Assembly: GCA_021772455.1 (NCBI GenBank)
Contig: JAJFLY010000008.1
Coordinates: 10,741 to 74,740, forward strand
DNA length: 64,000 bases
Source: Chlamydiota bacterium
GTDB lineage: Bacteria; Chlamydiota; Chlamydiia; Chlamydiales; JAAKFR01
Direction of reading: 5' to 3'
The position numbers and the translations under genes are program-made. The notes beneath the pieces are model-generated. The model ran no database searches. It was given only the letters and a program-made list of their open reading frames with translations, and was not told the DNA's origin. This document shows positions 17,042 to 25,925 of the stretch, one piece after another (within the stretch, counting starts at the first letter, position 1; the number at the start of each line of letters is the position of its first letter).

Positions 17042-17580
17042 GATTTTATGCTAGAAGAGTTAAGAAAGTTTGTCCAGATGGCGAGCTGCTCATTGTTAGG
17101 GGCTTGCTGGGACTCTGGATATTGGAAAGTAACTGAGAAGACCCAGCCGCCAACGCATGAATTTAAGCCGATCCAGGCGCGGTACTCAGCGCGCCCTGCA
17201 GGATTGAGATAAGTGGCAATCAATATGGGGTGTTTGTCCCAAAAATCTTTGCTGATCTCTACTTTGGAGCACCCCATAAGTCCAAGTCTATGCAAAAGGG
17301 TCCCTTCTTCACTAAAGGTTGTGGGGCCTTGCTGGATAATATCGCCACTAAGACGGACAAAGAAAAATATGTCATCGACTTTATGGGTTTCGAGGAGCCT
17401 TTCGATCGCTCTCTCTTCTCCCCAAATGACACCGGCATACAAGTCGGGATTGGGACCCATCACAAATGTACTCGGAATCTGTGGTTCAACACTCAGCTTA
17501 TCTGGAAAGGGAGGGAGAAGCTCTCTTCCAAAAATAGCAGGATTAACGCACAGGCAAACCAGGAATAATTTCTTCCACAT
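17038..17580 (-). CDS. secreted hypothetical protein (180 aa)
   Basis: Signal peptide MWKKLFLVCLCVNPAIFG. It sits in the minus-strand operon with a 4-nt overlap to the PRTase gene. No motif recognised. Confidence 0.55.
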   Translation of the reverse strand: MWKKLFLVCLCVNPAIFGRELLPPFPDKLSVEPQIPSTFVMGPNPDLYAGVIWGEERAIERLLETHKVDDIFFFVRLSGDIIQQGPTTFSEEGTLLHRLGLMGCSKVEISKDFWDKHPILIATYLNPAGRAEYRAWIGLNSCVGGWVFSVTFQYPESQQAPNNEQLAIWTNFLNSSSIKS

Positions 17581-19132
17581 AAGCCCACTTAAAATCTACC
17601 TGTCCCAGATCGTTCACGGAAAGGCCCTGAATTTTCGGGGACTTTAAATGTTTTGAATGCACCATATATAGTGGTATAACCGGCATCTCTTCTAAAATCA
17701 AGAGTTCTGCTTGTTTTAAGTGTTCAAGGCGCAAAATGGGGTCGGCTTCCTGGTCGGCAAGATCGAGTAGCTGCTGGTAGTGTTTGCTCTCCCACTGGGG
17801 GCTATTATATCGATGTGTTTTGTCCTTAAAAAACTCGAGTGTGTAGACGGGATCATGAAATTGACAGTACCAGATGCATCCACCAATTTGAAACTGTCTC
17901 TCACCTAAATTGGAGAAAAAGACGTTCCACTCAGAAGCTATAAGCTCGACCTTGATTCCAAAGGTCTTTTCCCAATTCTGTTGAATCGCTTCAGCTAATT
18001 TTTTTTGGCCAGGAATAGTGCTGTAGCTGTACTTGAGGATTGGAAATTCTTCGCGGGTGATGCAAAGTTCCTGCAGCCCTTGCTCAAAGAGCTTGCGAGA
18101 TTTTTGCTCATTGGAGTCAGGAGAGAGATCGCTTGAGCCTAAGGAGGATAAAGATAAAGGGACGATGCTTTTTGTCGGAGTTTCGCCATGTGCGACATGT
18201 TCAGCAATGACCTCACGGTTTAACGCAACAGAAAGAGCTCTACGAATCTTTGAGGAGTTGAGGGGGAATTTTTCAGTGTTCAGACTGATCCAATAAACCC
18301 CGGAGATGGGTCGGGTGTTGAATTCAGAAGAGCTGGAGATTTTATCGAGTGTATCATGGGGAATGGTTGAGAATGGATGGCCAACCCAATCAATCTCTCC
18401 TTTTTCGTACATAAGAACGACTGTATTAGGATCGTTTACAAATGTGGTTTGAATGGTTTGGAGATGAACAGCGTCTGCATCCCAATATTGGGTGTTTTTC
18501 TCAAGGACGAGTTGTTTGTCATGCTCCCATTTTGTGACGGTAAAGGGTCCATTGAACACTTGAGGATTTTCAGAGTCATCGTAGAGGGGAGAAAAAAGAG
18601 AGCTTGAAATGAGATTGAGAAAATAGGGGGTTGGATGCTCAAGATCGACGATTAGGGTTTTGTTATCGACCGCTTGAATGCCCACTTCATCGAGAGAGAC
18701 CTCACCACACTTGGCTTTTTTGGCATTTTTAATGGAGTAGAAAAGGTCGGCGCGCAAGCAGTTGGATCCTTTAGCGATGGCAGCCTTCCAGGTTCTCTCA
18801 AAGTGAAAAGCGGTCACCTCTTCCCCGTTTGTCCAAACCATAGGACGTATGCGGAATGTATACCGTGTTTGCGAGTGAGAGATGTCTAGCTTTTCCGCTC
18901 CTGCCAGCTCGGGAATTCCTTCGGGCGTTAGACGCGTCAACCCTTCAAAAAGGGCCTTTTGGAAGTTGCGGCACATCGCGTCAATTCCCGTATGTGGATG
19001 GAGGGAGGTGAGATCTGCTTGATTATTTATACGTAGTATTTGTGAAGAGGACATCTGTTTTTCCACATTGTTTTGTTGGTTTTGACACCCACTCAGAGCA
19101 ATTAGTATAATCAGTAGCCATTTATTTTTCAT
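17543..19132 (-). CDS. oppA: peptide/oligopeptide ABC transporter substrate-binding lipoprotein (OppA-like, 529 aa)
   Basis: I trimmed the start to the ATG at 19132, 5 nt after the upstream stop. This gives MKNKWLLIILIALSGC (lipobox LSGC). The rest has family-5 SBP length and composition and is paralogous to the C-terminal half of the upstream ORF. Confidence 0.85.
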   Translation of the reverse strand: MKNKWLLIILIALSGCQNQQNNVEKQMSSSQILRINNQADLTSLHPHTGIDAMCRNFQKALFEGLTRLTPEGIPELAGAEKLDISHSQTRYTFRIRPMVWTNGEEVTAFHFERTWKAAIAKGSNCLRADLFYSIKNAKKAKCGEVSLDEVGIQAVDNKTLIVDLEHPTPYFLNLISSSLFSPLYDDSENPQVFNGPFTVTKWEHDKQLVLEKNTQYWDADAVHLQTIQTTFVNDPNTVVLMYEKGEIDWVGHPFSTIPHDTLDKISSSSEFNTRPISGVYWISLNTEKFPLNSSKIRRALSVALNREVIAEHVAHGETPTKSIVPLSLSSLGSSDLSPDSNEQKSRKLFEQGLQELCITREEFPILKYSYSTIPGQKKLAEAIQQNWEKTFGIKVELIASEWNVFFSNLGERQFQIGGCIWYCQFHDPVYTLEFFKDKTHRYNSPQWESKHYQQLLDLADQEADPILRLEHLKQAELLILEEMPVIPLYMVHSKHLKSPKIQGLSVNDLGQVDFKWAYVEEIIPGLPVR

Positions 19133-22100
19133 CTCTATCCTTTTTAGTGTTTTCAAGATAGGCGGCACGGATGTCGATTTGATTGGAGTTCGAAAGGACA
19201 TATCCTTTTAGCCGCGGATTTTTTACATAGCGGAATTTTTGATAGAACAGTGGAATAACTGGCATTTCATCTAGAAGAATTTGTTCGGCTTGATCGAGAA
19301 GAGCATGACAGGCTTTATGATCTTCAGCTTGCTTGGCTTTTTCGACTAAGCGCGCATACTTGAAATTTTTCCAGCTTGTGATACGCAGGGTATGTTCTCG
19401 ATAGACGATTAGGTCATAAAAATAGCAGGGATGGTCGTGTCTGGGATACCAAACAAGCCCTCCAACCATAAAATCGCCCCGATGAAGCGATTCAAAATAT
19501 TCATTCCAATTGCGTCGCTCATAGATAACTTTTACTCCTAGAGCCTCTTCCCATTGTCTCCCAATCTCACGGCTAATGGATTCCTGTACTTCGATTTCAC
19601 TGTGGGTGAAGACAATTGGGGGAAGTCTATTCGCTGATAAACCTAGATCTTCCAGTCCCTTTTTAAAATAGAATTGAGCCAGTTTAGGATCATTATCTGG
19701 GAAGTTGCGGAGCGGAGCTGGAGAAGAAGAATTAGCAAACCCATAAGCTGGAGTATCAACACTATTTAGGATTTGGTCGATTAAATGTTTTCGATTCAAA
19801 GAGTATGCGAATGCTTTGCGCATATTGAGACTTTGAAAGGGGAGGTGGTCGTGATTGAGTTGTAGCCAGAAAAGGCCGAAATGTTTGTCATCGACCTCTA
19901 ACAAGTTCTTCTTTTTCAAATTTGGAATTAGAGGAGGGTGGATTTTTGTTAACGGATCGCCTAGCCAATCGAGTTCCCCGCATGAGAACAAATCAAAAGC
20001 GGTTTTTTCGTTTTCAATAACACTCAGTTGGATACGGTCAAGTTTTACAGAAGGCGTATCCCAGTAGTTTGGGTTTTTTATCAGCTGAAGTTCGTCATTT
20101 AACTTCCATTTGTCGAGTTTGAAAGGGCCGTTGCAGACATATGTCTCGCCGCTATGGTAGGCCCACCCGGGATGTTTTTGATCTATCTCCCGGCAAAGGG
20201 GTGAGTAGACCCAGCTTGCTGATAATGAAAGGAATGTAGAGAAGGGGTGCTCAAGCTCCACAGAAAGCGTTAGGTTATCGATGGCTCGAATTCCCACTTG
20301 ATTCATCGGGAGCTCTCCCTTTTTTACCGCTTCTGCGTTTTTGATAGGAAAAAAGAGAAGGGAGTAGGGAAAACGGAAGTCGGGTTCTAGGATTTTTTTC
20401 CACGCATACTCAAAATCATAGGCAGAGAGAGGGGCTCCGTTAGACCAGCTGCTTGCGCGTAGATGAAAGCGATAGGTTTTTCTGTCTTCCGAAAGGGTGT
20501 ACGATTCTGCAATCGCTGGTTCGATTTCTCCCGTTTGGGCGATGCGCATGAGCCCTTCATAGAGCATGCAAATGACCACTCCGGAGTTTCGATCTGAACC
20601 CATGCGAGGATCTAGCGATTGGGCAGCTCTTGGAAGGTGGAGGTGGAGGACTTGGAGGTTTTGCTTCTTTTCCAGCCACGATGAAATCGTGGTGTCGATT
20701 AAATGGGTACAATGATCAGCTTGCTCTCGAGTTGGTTTGAGGTAGAGGCAGCAAAAATAATGGAATCGATCGACTTCAATTGAAGAGACTGCGAGTTGAA
20801 GAGTATCGGTTTCCAAAGGTATCAGAACTTCGGTCAGTTTCTCCTTGAGCTCGGGGTGGGTCGATTTAATGACGATTGCAAGAGCGTCATGACGGGCATC
20901 TATTTTTTTAAGACATTCATCTTGTTTAGGAAGGGGAACCTTAAGCATCTCTAAAAAAAGCGAGCAGAGCATTTTTCCTTTGTCAGGAGCAATATAGGTT
21001 TGCATCACCGAAGGGGTGAGTGAGTAGAAAAGATTTTCCAATAAAAAGGCATTTTCTTTTCCCTGCGGTCCGAGCTCTTCTTTGATCGCTTCTAGCTGCT
21101 CATTTTGTTTGAAAAGAAAGCCTCCATTATAATCGCGGAAGGTGCCTACCATCATTTCGAGGGATTTTACGACATATTGACGCGCCTTCACAAGGTCTAC
21201 AGAGTGGTTTTTTCGAAGAAAAAGCTGGTTTTCGATTTCAAGGGTGAAGACATGCGCCTCCTTGACGTATTTCTTGCGAAGCAAGCCCACATTAGCGATC
21301 CGCTCGGGAATAAAATGGACGTTAGGGGGTAGGAAACGGCTGAGTTTAGTTAAGTTGCGGCTATTTTTTGTAAGAACCCTCAAAAGAATGATGTTGAAAC
21401 GGAGTAAATCATTCTGCTGGTCTTGAAATGAGATGAACGCCTGCGGGAGATCGCGCACGTAGCGAAGCTCCTGGCTTAGGTTAATGATGTTCCGGATCAG
21501 CTCTTCTTCATTGCGTGGGATAAAAAGGGAGGGGGAGAGGTACTCGATGCTGTTTTTTAATTCACCCGGTAGCTTTTGTTTTAACTTCTTGATTTCATCA
21601 AGGGTGAAATCACCCCCTTTAGTCTTTTCAATCTCCAGATAGATAGTGAGTAGGCGATTTTCTTCATTTCTGTTGGAGTAATAGGAGTCTTGAGGCGCCT
21701 TTACTTGCTCTGGAATAAGTTGTTGAATCGCTTTTAGGATGTGACGGAGCTCAAAAGATTCGTAATCCTGCAAGGAATTGAGACAGATCGCGATTCCAAG
21801 CACTTTTTTTAAGCCAAAAGGGTAGTGCAGATGCGTGTGCATGAGCTTCAGATAAAGGTGGCGGCTGTGGGGGAAGAGTTTAGAATCTTTTTCGACGGCT
21901 TTTTGAAAGAGGTAGTGGGCGTAAATGATTCGGCATAAATGACGATGATCTCTGATTTGGCGAAAATCTTTTCGGCAATGAGCTAAAAAGTGTTGGATTT
22001 CGCGAAAGATATCGTCGGAGAACCGTTTCGGGTAGCGGCGAATCAGTTCTACTGCTGAATCGTGGATGTAGGAAGTGTAACCCTCCTGCGAAAGGCGTTT

Positions 22101-22562
22101 CATTTCCAGAATATGCTTGGCATGCCCTGAAGTTAGAGCCCCCAGCTTGATCTCTTGAGCGAGTCCTGGAAGACGCTTTTGGACAGCTTGAAGTGTCTTT
22201 TCATCGGGTACGTGAACGAGCAATTCAATAAAAAATAGAGGGGTTTTCCAATAGGGGAGTTTGAAGTCTAAATTTCTGGATGAAAGTAGCTTAAGTTGTT
22301 TATTGGGGACGAGCCAGTTTGTCGACATTTCTTCTACAAAAAGCATAGTTTTCCGGCTCCACTCAGAGGAGCAGAGAAGATAGAGAGAGAAAGCCCCGGG
22401 AGCAACGTTTACTTGCTTCCACTTTACCAGAGGGAGTTTTTTTGCGAGGTCTTCTTGGGTTGCAAGTTCCCGCCCAAAAACCTTGTTTGCAACTTTAAGC
22501 AAACTCTGTTTGTGCTTTTGTAAGTGATCGCTATCTGAAGAGGTTGCTTCCTCTTGGAGCAT
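19122..22562 (-). CDS. fusion protein: uncharacterised ~635-aa N-terminal domain plus OppA-type solute-binding domain (1,146 aa, no signal peptide)
   Basis: The N-terminal half is collinear with the 623-aa ORF at 45899-47770 (e.g. RNEEELIRNIINLSQELRYVRDLPQAFISF vs QNEEMVMRNIVTLSHQLKFVGDLPQVMIDF; FRKNHSVDLVKARQ vs FRKNHSVDLYKARK). The C-terminal half (from ~LHLHLPRAAQSLDPRMGSD) is a family-5 SBP. The N-terminus MLQEEATSSDSDHLQKHK is polar. Confidence 0.8.
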   Translation of the reverse strand: MLQEEATSSDSDHLQKHKQSLLKVANKVFGRELATQEDLAKKLPLVKWKQVNVAPGAFSLYLLCSSEWSRKTMLFVEEMSTNWLVPNKQLKLLSSRNLDFKLPYWKTPLFFIELLVHVPDEKTLQAVQKRLPGLAQEIKLGALTSGHAKHILEMKRLSQEGYTSYIHDSAVELIRRYPKRFSDDIFREIQHFLAHCRKDFRQIRDHRHLCRIIYAHYLFQKAVEKDSKLFPHSRHLYLKLMHTHLHYPFGLKKVLGIAICLNSLQDYESFELRHILKAIQQLIPEQVKAPQDSYYSNRNEENRLLTIYLEIEKTKGGDFTLDEIKKLKQKLPGELKNSIEYLSPSLFIPRNEEELIRNIINLSQELRYVRDLPQAFISFQDQQNDLLRFNIILLRVLTKNSRNLTKLSRFLPPNVHFIPERIANVGLLRKKYVKEAHVFTLEIENQLFLRKNHSVDLVKARQYVVKSLEMMVGTFRDYNGGFLFKQNEQLEAIKEELGPQGKENAFLLENLFYSLTPSVMQTYIAPDKGKMLCSLFLEMLKVPLPKQDECLKKIDARHDALAIVIKSTHPELKEKLTEVLIPLETDTLQLAVSSIEVDRFHYFCCLYLKPTREQADHCTHLIDTTISSWLEKKQNLQVLHLHLPRAAQSLDPRMGSDRNSGVVICMLYEGLMRIAQTGEIEPAIAESYTLSEDRKTYRFHLRASSWSNGAPLSAYDFEYAWKKILEPDFRFPYSLLFFPIKNAEAVKKGELPMNQVGIRAIDNLTLSVELEHPFSTFLSLSASWVYSPLCREIDQKHPGWAYHSGETYVCNGPFKLDKWKLNDELQLIKNPNYWDTPSVKLDRIQLSVIENEKTAFDLFSCGELDWLGDPLTKIHPPLIPNLKKKNLLEVDDKHFGLFWLQLNHDHLPFQSLNMRKAFAYSLNRKHLIDQILNSVDTPAYGFANSSSPAPLRNFPDNDPKLAQFYFKKGLEDLGLSANRLPPIVFTHSEIEVQESISREIGRQWEEALGVKVIYERRNWNEYFESLHRGDFMVGGLVWYPRHDHPCYFYDLIVYREHTLRITSWKNFKYARLVEKAKQAEDHKACHALLDQAEQILLDEMPVIPLFYQKFRYVKNPRLKGYVLSNSNQIDIRAAYLENTKKDRDEK

Positions 22563-22709
22563 TTTGTACCGCCTTTGCGGGAAGTATTGGGGTTTACAGT
22601 TTTTAAATCAAATTTTAATCAAAATTTGACGCGTTTGTAAAATAGTTTGCTGTAAAACTCAATCGTATTAAAATAGATTCAAAATATCTTATGAAGTATC
22701 ATATAATAT

Positions 22710-25700
22710 ATGGGTGGAGAAAAAAAATGGTATAAAGAAGCGATTATCTACGAGCTGCACGTCAAGTGTTTTAGCGATAGCTCGGGAGATGGGTTTGGGG
22801 ATTTCAAAGGGTTAACCCAAAAACTCGACTACTTGCAAGACCTCGGAGTGACAGCGATTTGGCTTCTCCCATTTTACCCCTCTCCTTTAAAAGATGATGG
22901 GTACGATATCGCTGATTACACAGACGTTCACCCACAGTATGGTAGGCTGCAAGATTTTAAGACGTTTTTAAATGAAGCGCATCGTCGCGGTCTGAAGGTG
23001 ATCACCGAGCTTGTAATCAACCACACTTCCGATCAACACCCCTGGTTTCAAAAAGCACGTCATGCAGAAAAAGAATCGAAGCTGCGCGATTTTTATGTTT
23101 GGAACGATTCACCCGAAAAGTACAAAGATGCGCGGATCATTTTCCAAGATTTTGAGAGCTCAAATTGGACATGGGATCCGATTGCAAAAAGTTATTATTG
23201 GCACCGATTTTATTCCCATCAGCCCGATTTGAATTTTGAAAACCCCGCTGTCCACGAAGCGATTTTTCAGAAGCTGAGCTTCTGGCTGAAAATGGGTGTC
23301 GATGGGGTGCGTCTTGATGCTGTGCCCTATTTGTATGAGAGCGAGGGGACCATCTGCGAAAATCTTCCTCAGACCCACGCCTTTTTAAAGAAATTGCGCA
23401 CCTACATCGATGAGAATTTTGAAGACCGTATGCTTTTGGCGGAGGCAAATCAATGGCCAGAAGATGCGGCAAAATATTTCGGGTCCGGCGATGAGTGTCA
23501 TATGGCTTTTCACTTTCCAGTGATGCCGCGCCTCTTCATGTCGATCCATTTGGAAGATTCGCTCCCAATTATCGAGATCATGGGACAAACCCCCCAAATC
23601 CCTACTAATTGTCAGTGGGCTCTTTTCTTGCGCAATCACGATGAATTAACGCTTGAGATGGTGACCGATGAGGAGCGCGATTACATGTTTCGTGTCTATG
23701 CGCACGATCCACAAGCGCGGGTCAATCTTGGAATTCGCCGTAGGCTCGCCCCGCTTTTAAAAAATGACCGTCGCAAGATCGAATTGATGAATACGCTGCT
23801 CTTCTCGCTTACTGGAACGCCTGTCCTCTATTATGGTGATGAGCTTGGGATGGGGGACAATATCTATCTTGGAGACCGTGACGGGGTGCGTACACCGATG
23901 CAGTGGAGCAATGACCGCAACGCCGGTTTTTCCCGTGCCAATCCGCAGCAGCTCTACCTCCCGCCCATTATCGACCCTGAATACCACTACGAAACATTGA
24001 ATGTCGAGGCTCAACTCAACAATCCCTACTCGCTTTTGTGGTGGACAAAGCAACTCGTTGCGCTGAGAAAGCGGTACAAAGCATTTAGCTACGGAACAAC
24101 GGAGTTTTTGATTCCTGAAAACCGGAAAACTTTGGTCTTTTTTCGAGAGTGTGAAGACGAGCTGTTGATGGTTATCGCAAACCTCTCTAGATTCCCTCAG
24201 TACGTAGAATTAGATTTAAAGAAATACGATGGCTACAGTCTTGTCGAAATGTTCTCAGGACAGAGCTTTCCAAATATCGGGGAGCTGCCCTACTTTTTGA
24301 CACTGGGCCCTTACGGCTACTACTGGTTTTCTCTAAAAAAGGAGCCTGAAGTGAGTGAGCTTGCCTTGGCTGTTAGAGAAAAAGAGCAGCAGATTATAGA
24401 GTTTACCCATAAGATCGAGCTCAGCGAGATTTTCCAAACTTCTATGCACCGCACTCTTGTGGGTATTTTGAGCAAGTATTTAGCCAAACGGGCGTGGTTT
24501 CAACCCTATCTTTCTCAGCTCGATCGGACAAAAACGCGCATTGTCGATCATCTCCACCTCTCAAAATGGGACCTTCATCTTGTAATGCTTGAAATCATGC
24601 TTATGAACGGGGTTATCCATAAAATTCCTCTTTTTGTTCGCCTTGACAAGAGAGGAATTCAGACACGTCCAGAGTTTGTGATCGCACAGTTTGAAAATGG
24701 TGTGCTGTACGAGGATTCAGAGATCACGGAAGTGCTCGATGACATTATCTGCAACAAACGCAGGTTCTGCTCTGATAAGGGAGAAATGCGTGGTGTGAAT
24801 CTGACAGCGGATCGAGATTCTGTCCTTTTAGAAAATGAATCAATGGATCAGCACCGCGAAAAGGAGGGGGTCATTTTACCTCTCAAAAATGGGGTGTTAA
24901 AGGCTTTTACGATGGTCGAAGAGGGGCTGAAGCTCGATGTCGAGATGCGTCTCTTTCTCACCCAGAAAACCGATTTTCGCGCGTTTATCCCTCTTCGGGG
25001 ATATATTGAGTATTCGACCCATGCACGTACAACGGTCGCTTTAGTTGAGGAAATTGCAGCTCATAGAACGGAGTTTAATGCGAAAGAGCTGGCTGTAGAG
25101 GCTGCTGATCGCTTTTTACTTCGCATGGAAGCAAACCCCCATGACATCGCGGTGCCGAAAGACTCTCTTTTAACTTTAGCAATGGGAACACTCGAAGAGG
25201 ATGTTCATACCCTTTTGGAGGAGCAACTCGAGGTCTCCCGCCTTCTAGGAGAGACGACGGCCCATTTCCATCAGGCAATGTGCTCCTCTCAAATCGACCC
25301 CGATTTTGCCTCGATCCCTTTTACCCTCTTTTATCAACGCTCTTTATACCAGAATATGCGCCGCAAAATTCTTGAAGCTGTCGAACATAAAGATCTTGGG
25401 AAGGAATATGAAGAGCGCTTGCTAAAGCTATTGCAGAATCTTCCCCATGAAAAGCTAAATGCCGAGAGGATCCGGTGCCACGGAAATTTTGTCCTTGAGA
25501 ACCTCCACTATACGGGAAAAAAGTATCTGATCGGGAATTTCGAGGGCAAGCAAGATGCGACCTACAACCAAAGGCGCTATAAACGCTCTGCCCTTGACGA
25601 TTGCGCCTCTATGATTCTCTCCTTCTCAGAGGCTGGATTTGAAGCTATCGACCGATTGAGACAGCGGGGTACGCTTCGTGACGACCAGATCGAGCTTGTA

Positions 25701-25925
25701 AATAAGTGGGCGCAGGTGTGGTCGATATGGGTTAGTGCTTCATTTTTAAGAGCTTATTTCCACACTCTCGGTCAAGCCTCTTTTCTTCCTAAGGATACGA
25801 AAGAAATAGATTTTCTTCTCGGGATCTTTTTGATAGAACAGTGTGTTGATAAGGTTGCAACCTCTAAAGGGAACGCGCCTATTTCAGCGCTGCTGCATTG
25901 GCTTCCGATTTATGAATCTTTCTGA
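22710..25925 (+). CDS. treS: trehalose synthase fused to a maltokinase-like (Pep2/Mak) domain (1,071 aa)
   Basis: GH13/TreS motifs WYKEAIIYELHV, GVDGVRLDAVPYL (nucleophile), LLAEANQWP (acid/base), FLRNHDELTLE. The C-terminal ~480 aa align by eye with mycobacterial maltokinase around RCHGNFVLEN...LIGNFEG. Confidence 0.9.
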   Translation: MGGEKKWYKEAIIYELHVKCFSDSSGDGFGDFKGLTQKLDYLQDLGVTAIWLLPFYPSPLKDDGYDIADYTDVHPQYGRLQDFKTFLNEAHRRGLKVITELVINHTSDQHPWFQKARHAEKESKLRDFYVWNDSPEKYKDARIIFQDFESSNWTWDPIAKSYYWHRFYSHQPDLNFENPAVHEAIFQKLSFWLKMGVDGVRLDAVPYLYESEGTICENLPQTHAFLKKLRTYIDENFEDRMLLAEANQWPEDAAKYFGSGDECHMAFHFPVMPRLFMSIHLEDSLPIIEIMGQTPQIPTNCQWALFLRNHDELTLEMVTDEERDYMFRVYAHDPQARVNLGIRRRLAPLLKNDRRKIELMNTLLFSLTGTPVLYYGDELGMGDNIYLGDRDGVRTPMQWSNDRNAGFSRANPQQLYLPPIIDPEYHYETLNVEAQLNNPYSLLWWTKQLVALRKRYKAFSYGTTEFLIPENRKTLVFFRECEDELLMVIANLSRFPQYVELDLKKYDGYSLVEMFSGQSFPNIGELPYFLTLGPYGYYWFSLKKEPEVSELALAVREKEQQIIEFTHKIELSEIFQTSMHRTLVGILSKYLAKRAWFQPYLSQLDRTKTRIVDHLHLSKWDLHLVMLEIMLMNGVIHKIPLFVRLDKRGIQTRPEFVIAQFENGVLYEDSEITEVLDDIICNKRRFCSDKGEMRGVNLTADRDSVLLENESMDQHREKEGVILPLKNGVLKAFTMVEEGLKLDVEMRLFLTQKTDFRAFIPLRGYIEYSTHARTTVALVEEIAAHRTEFNAKELAVEAADRFLLRMEANPHDIAVPKDSLLTLAMGTLEEDVHTLLEEQLEVSRLLGETTAHFHQAMCSSQIDPDFASIPFTLFYQRSLYQNMRRKILEAVEHKDLGKEYEERLLKLLQNLPHEKLNAERIRCHGNFVLENLHYTGKKYLIGNFEGKQDATYNQRRYKRSALDDCASMILSFSEAGFEAIDRLRQRGTLRDDQIELVNKWAQVWSIWVSASFLRAYFHTLGQASFLPKDTKEIDFLLGIFLIEQCVDKVATSKGNAPISALLHWLPIYESF

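Noticed and set aside
17213-17647. 144-aa and 112-aa plus-strand ORFs antisense to 17038-17580.
   Set aside because: The minus-strand gene has a signal peptide and operon context (oppA upstream, PRTase downstream, 4-nt overlap). The plus-strand frames are Ser/Leu/Pro-rich shadow ORFs.
22626-22674. Candidate sigma-70-type promoter elements upstream of treS (TTGACG at 22626; TTGCTG-16 nt-TAAAAT at 22647-22674; TATAAT at 22702).
   Set aside because: There are several mutually exclusive combinations with imperfect spacing in an AT-rich spacer. I cannot choose between them without transcript mapping.
25843-25911. 5' extensions of treY (25843), treZ (28244, TTG), the aspartokinase (44953), oppA (19201), the PPIase (61121), the TPR-like gene (58313, TTG) and the 6272 TTG start.
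   Set aside because: Each extension overlaps the upstream gene substantially or precedes a clear signal peptide or lipobox. The internal ATGs give canonical N-termini and short coupling overlaps.
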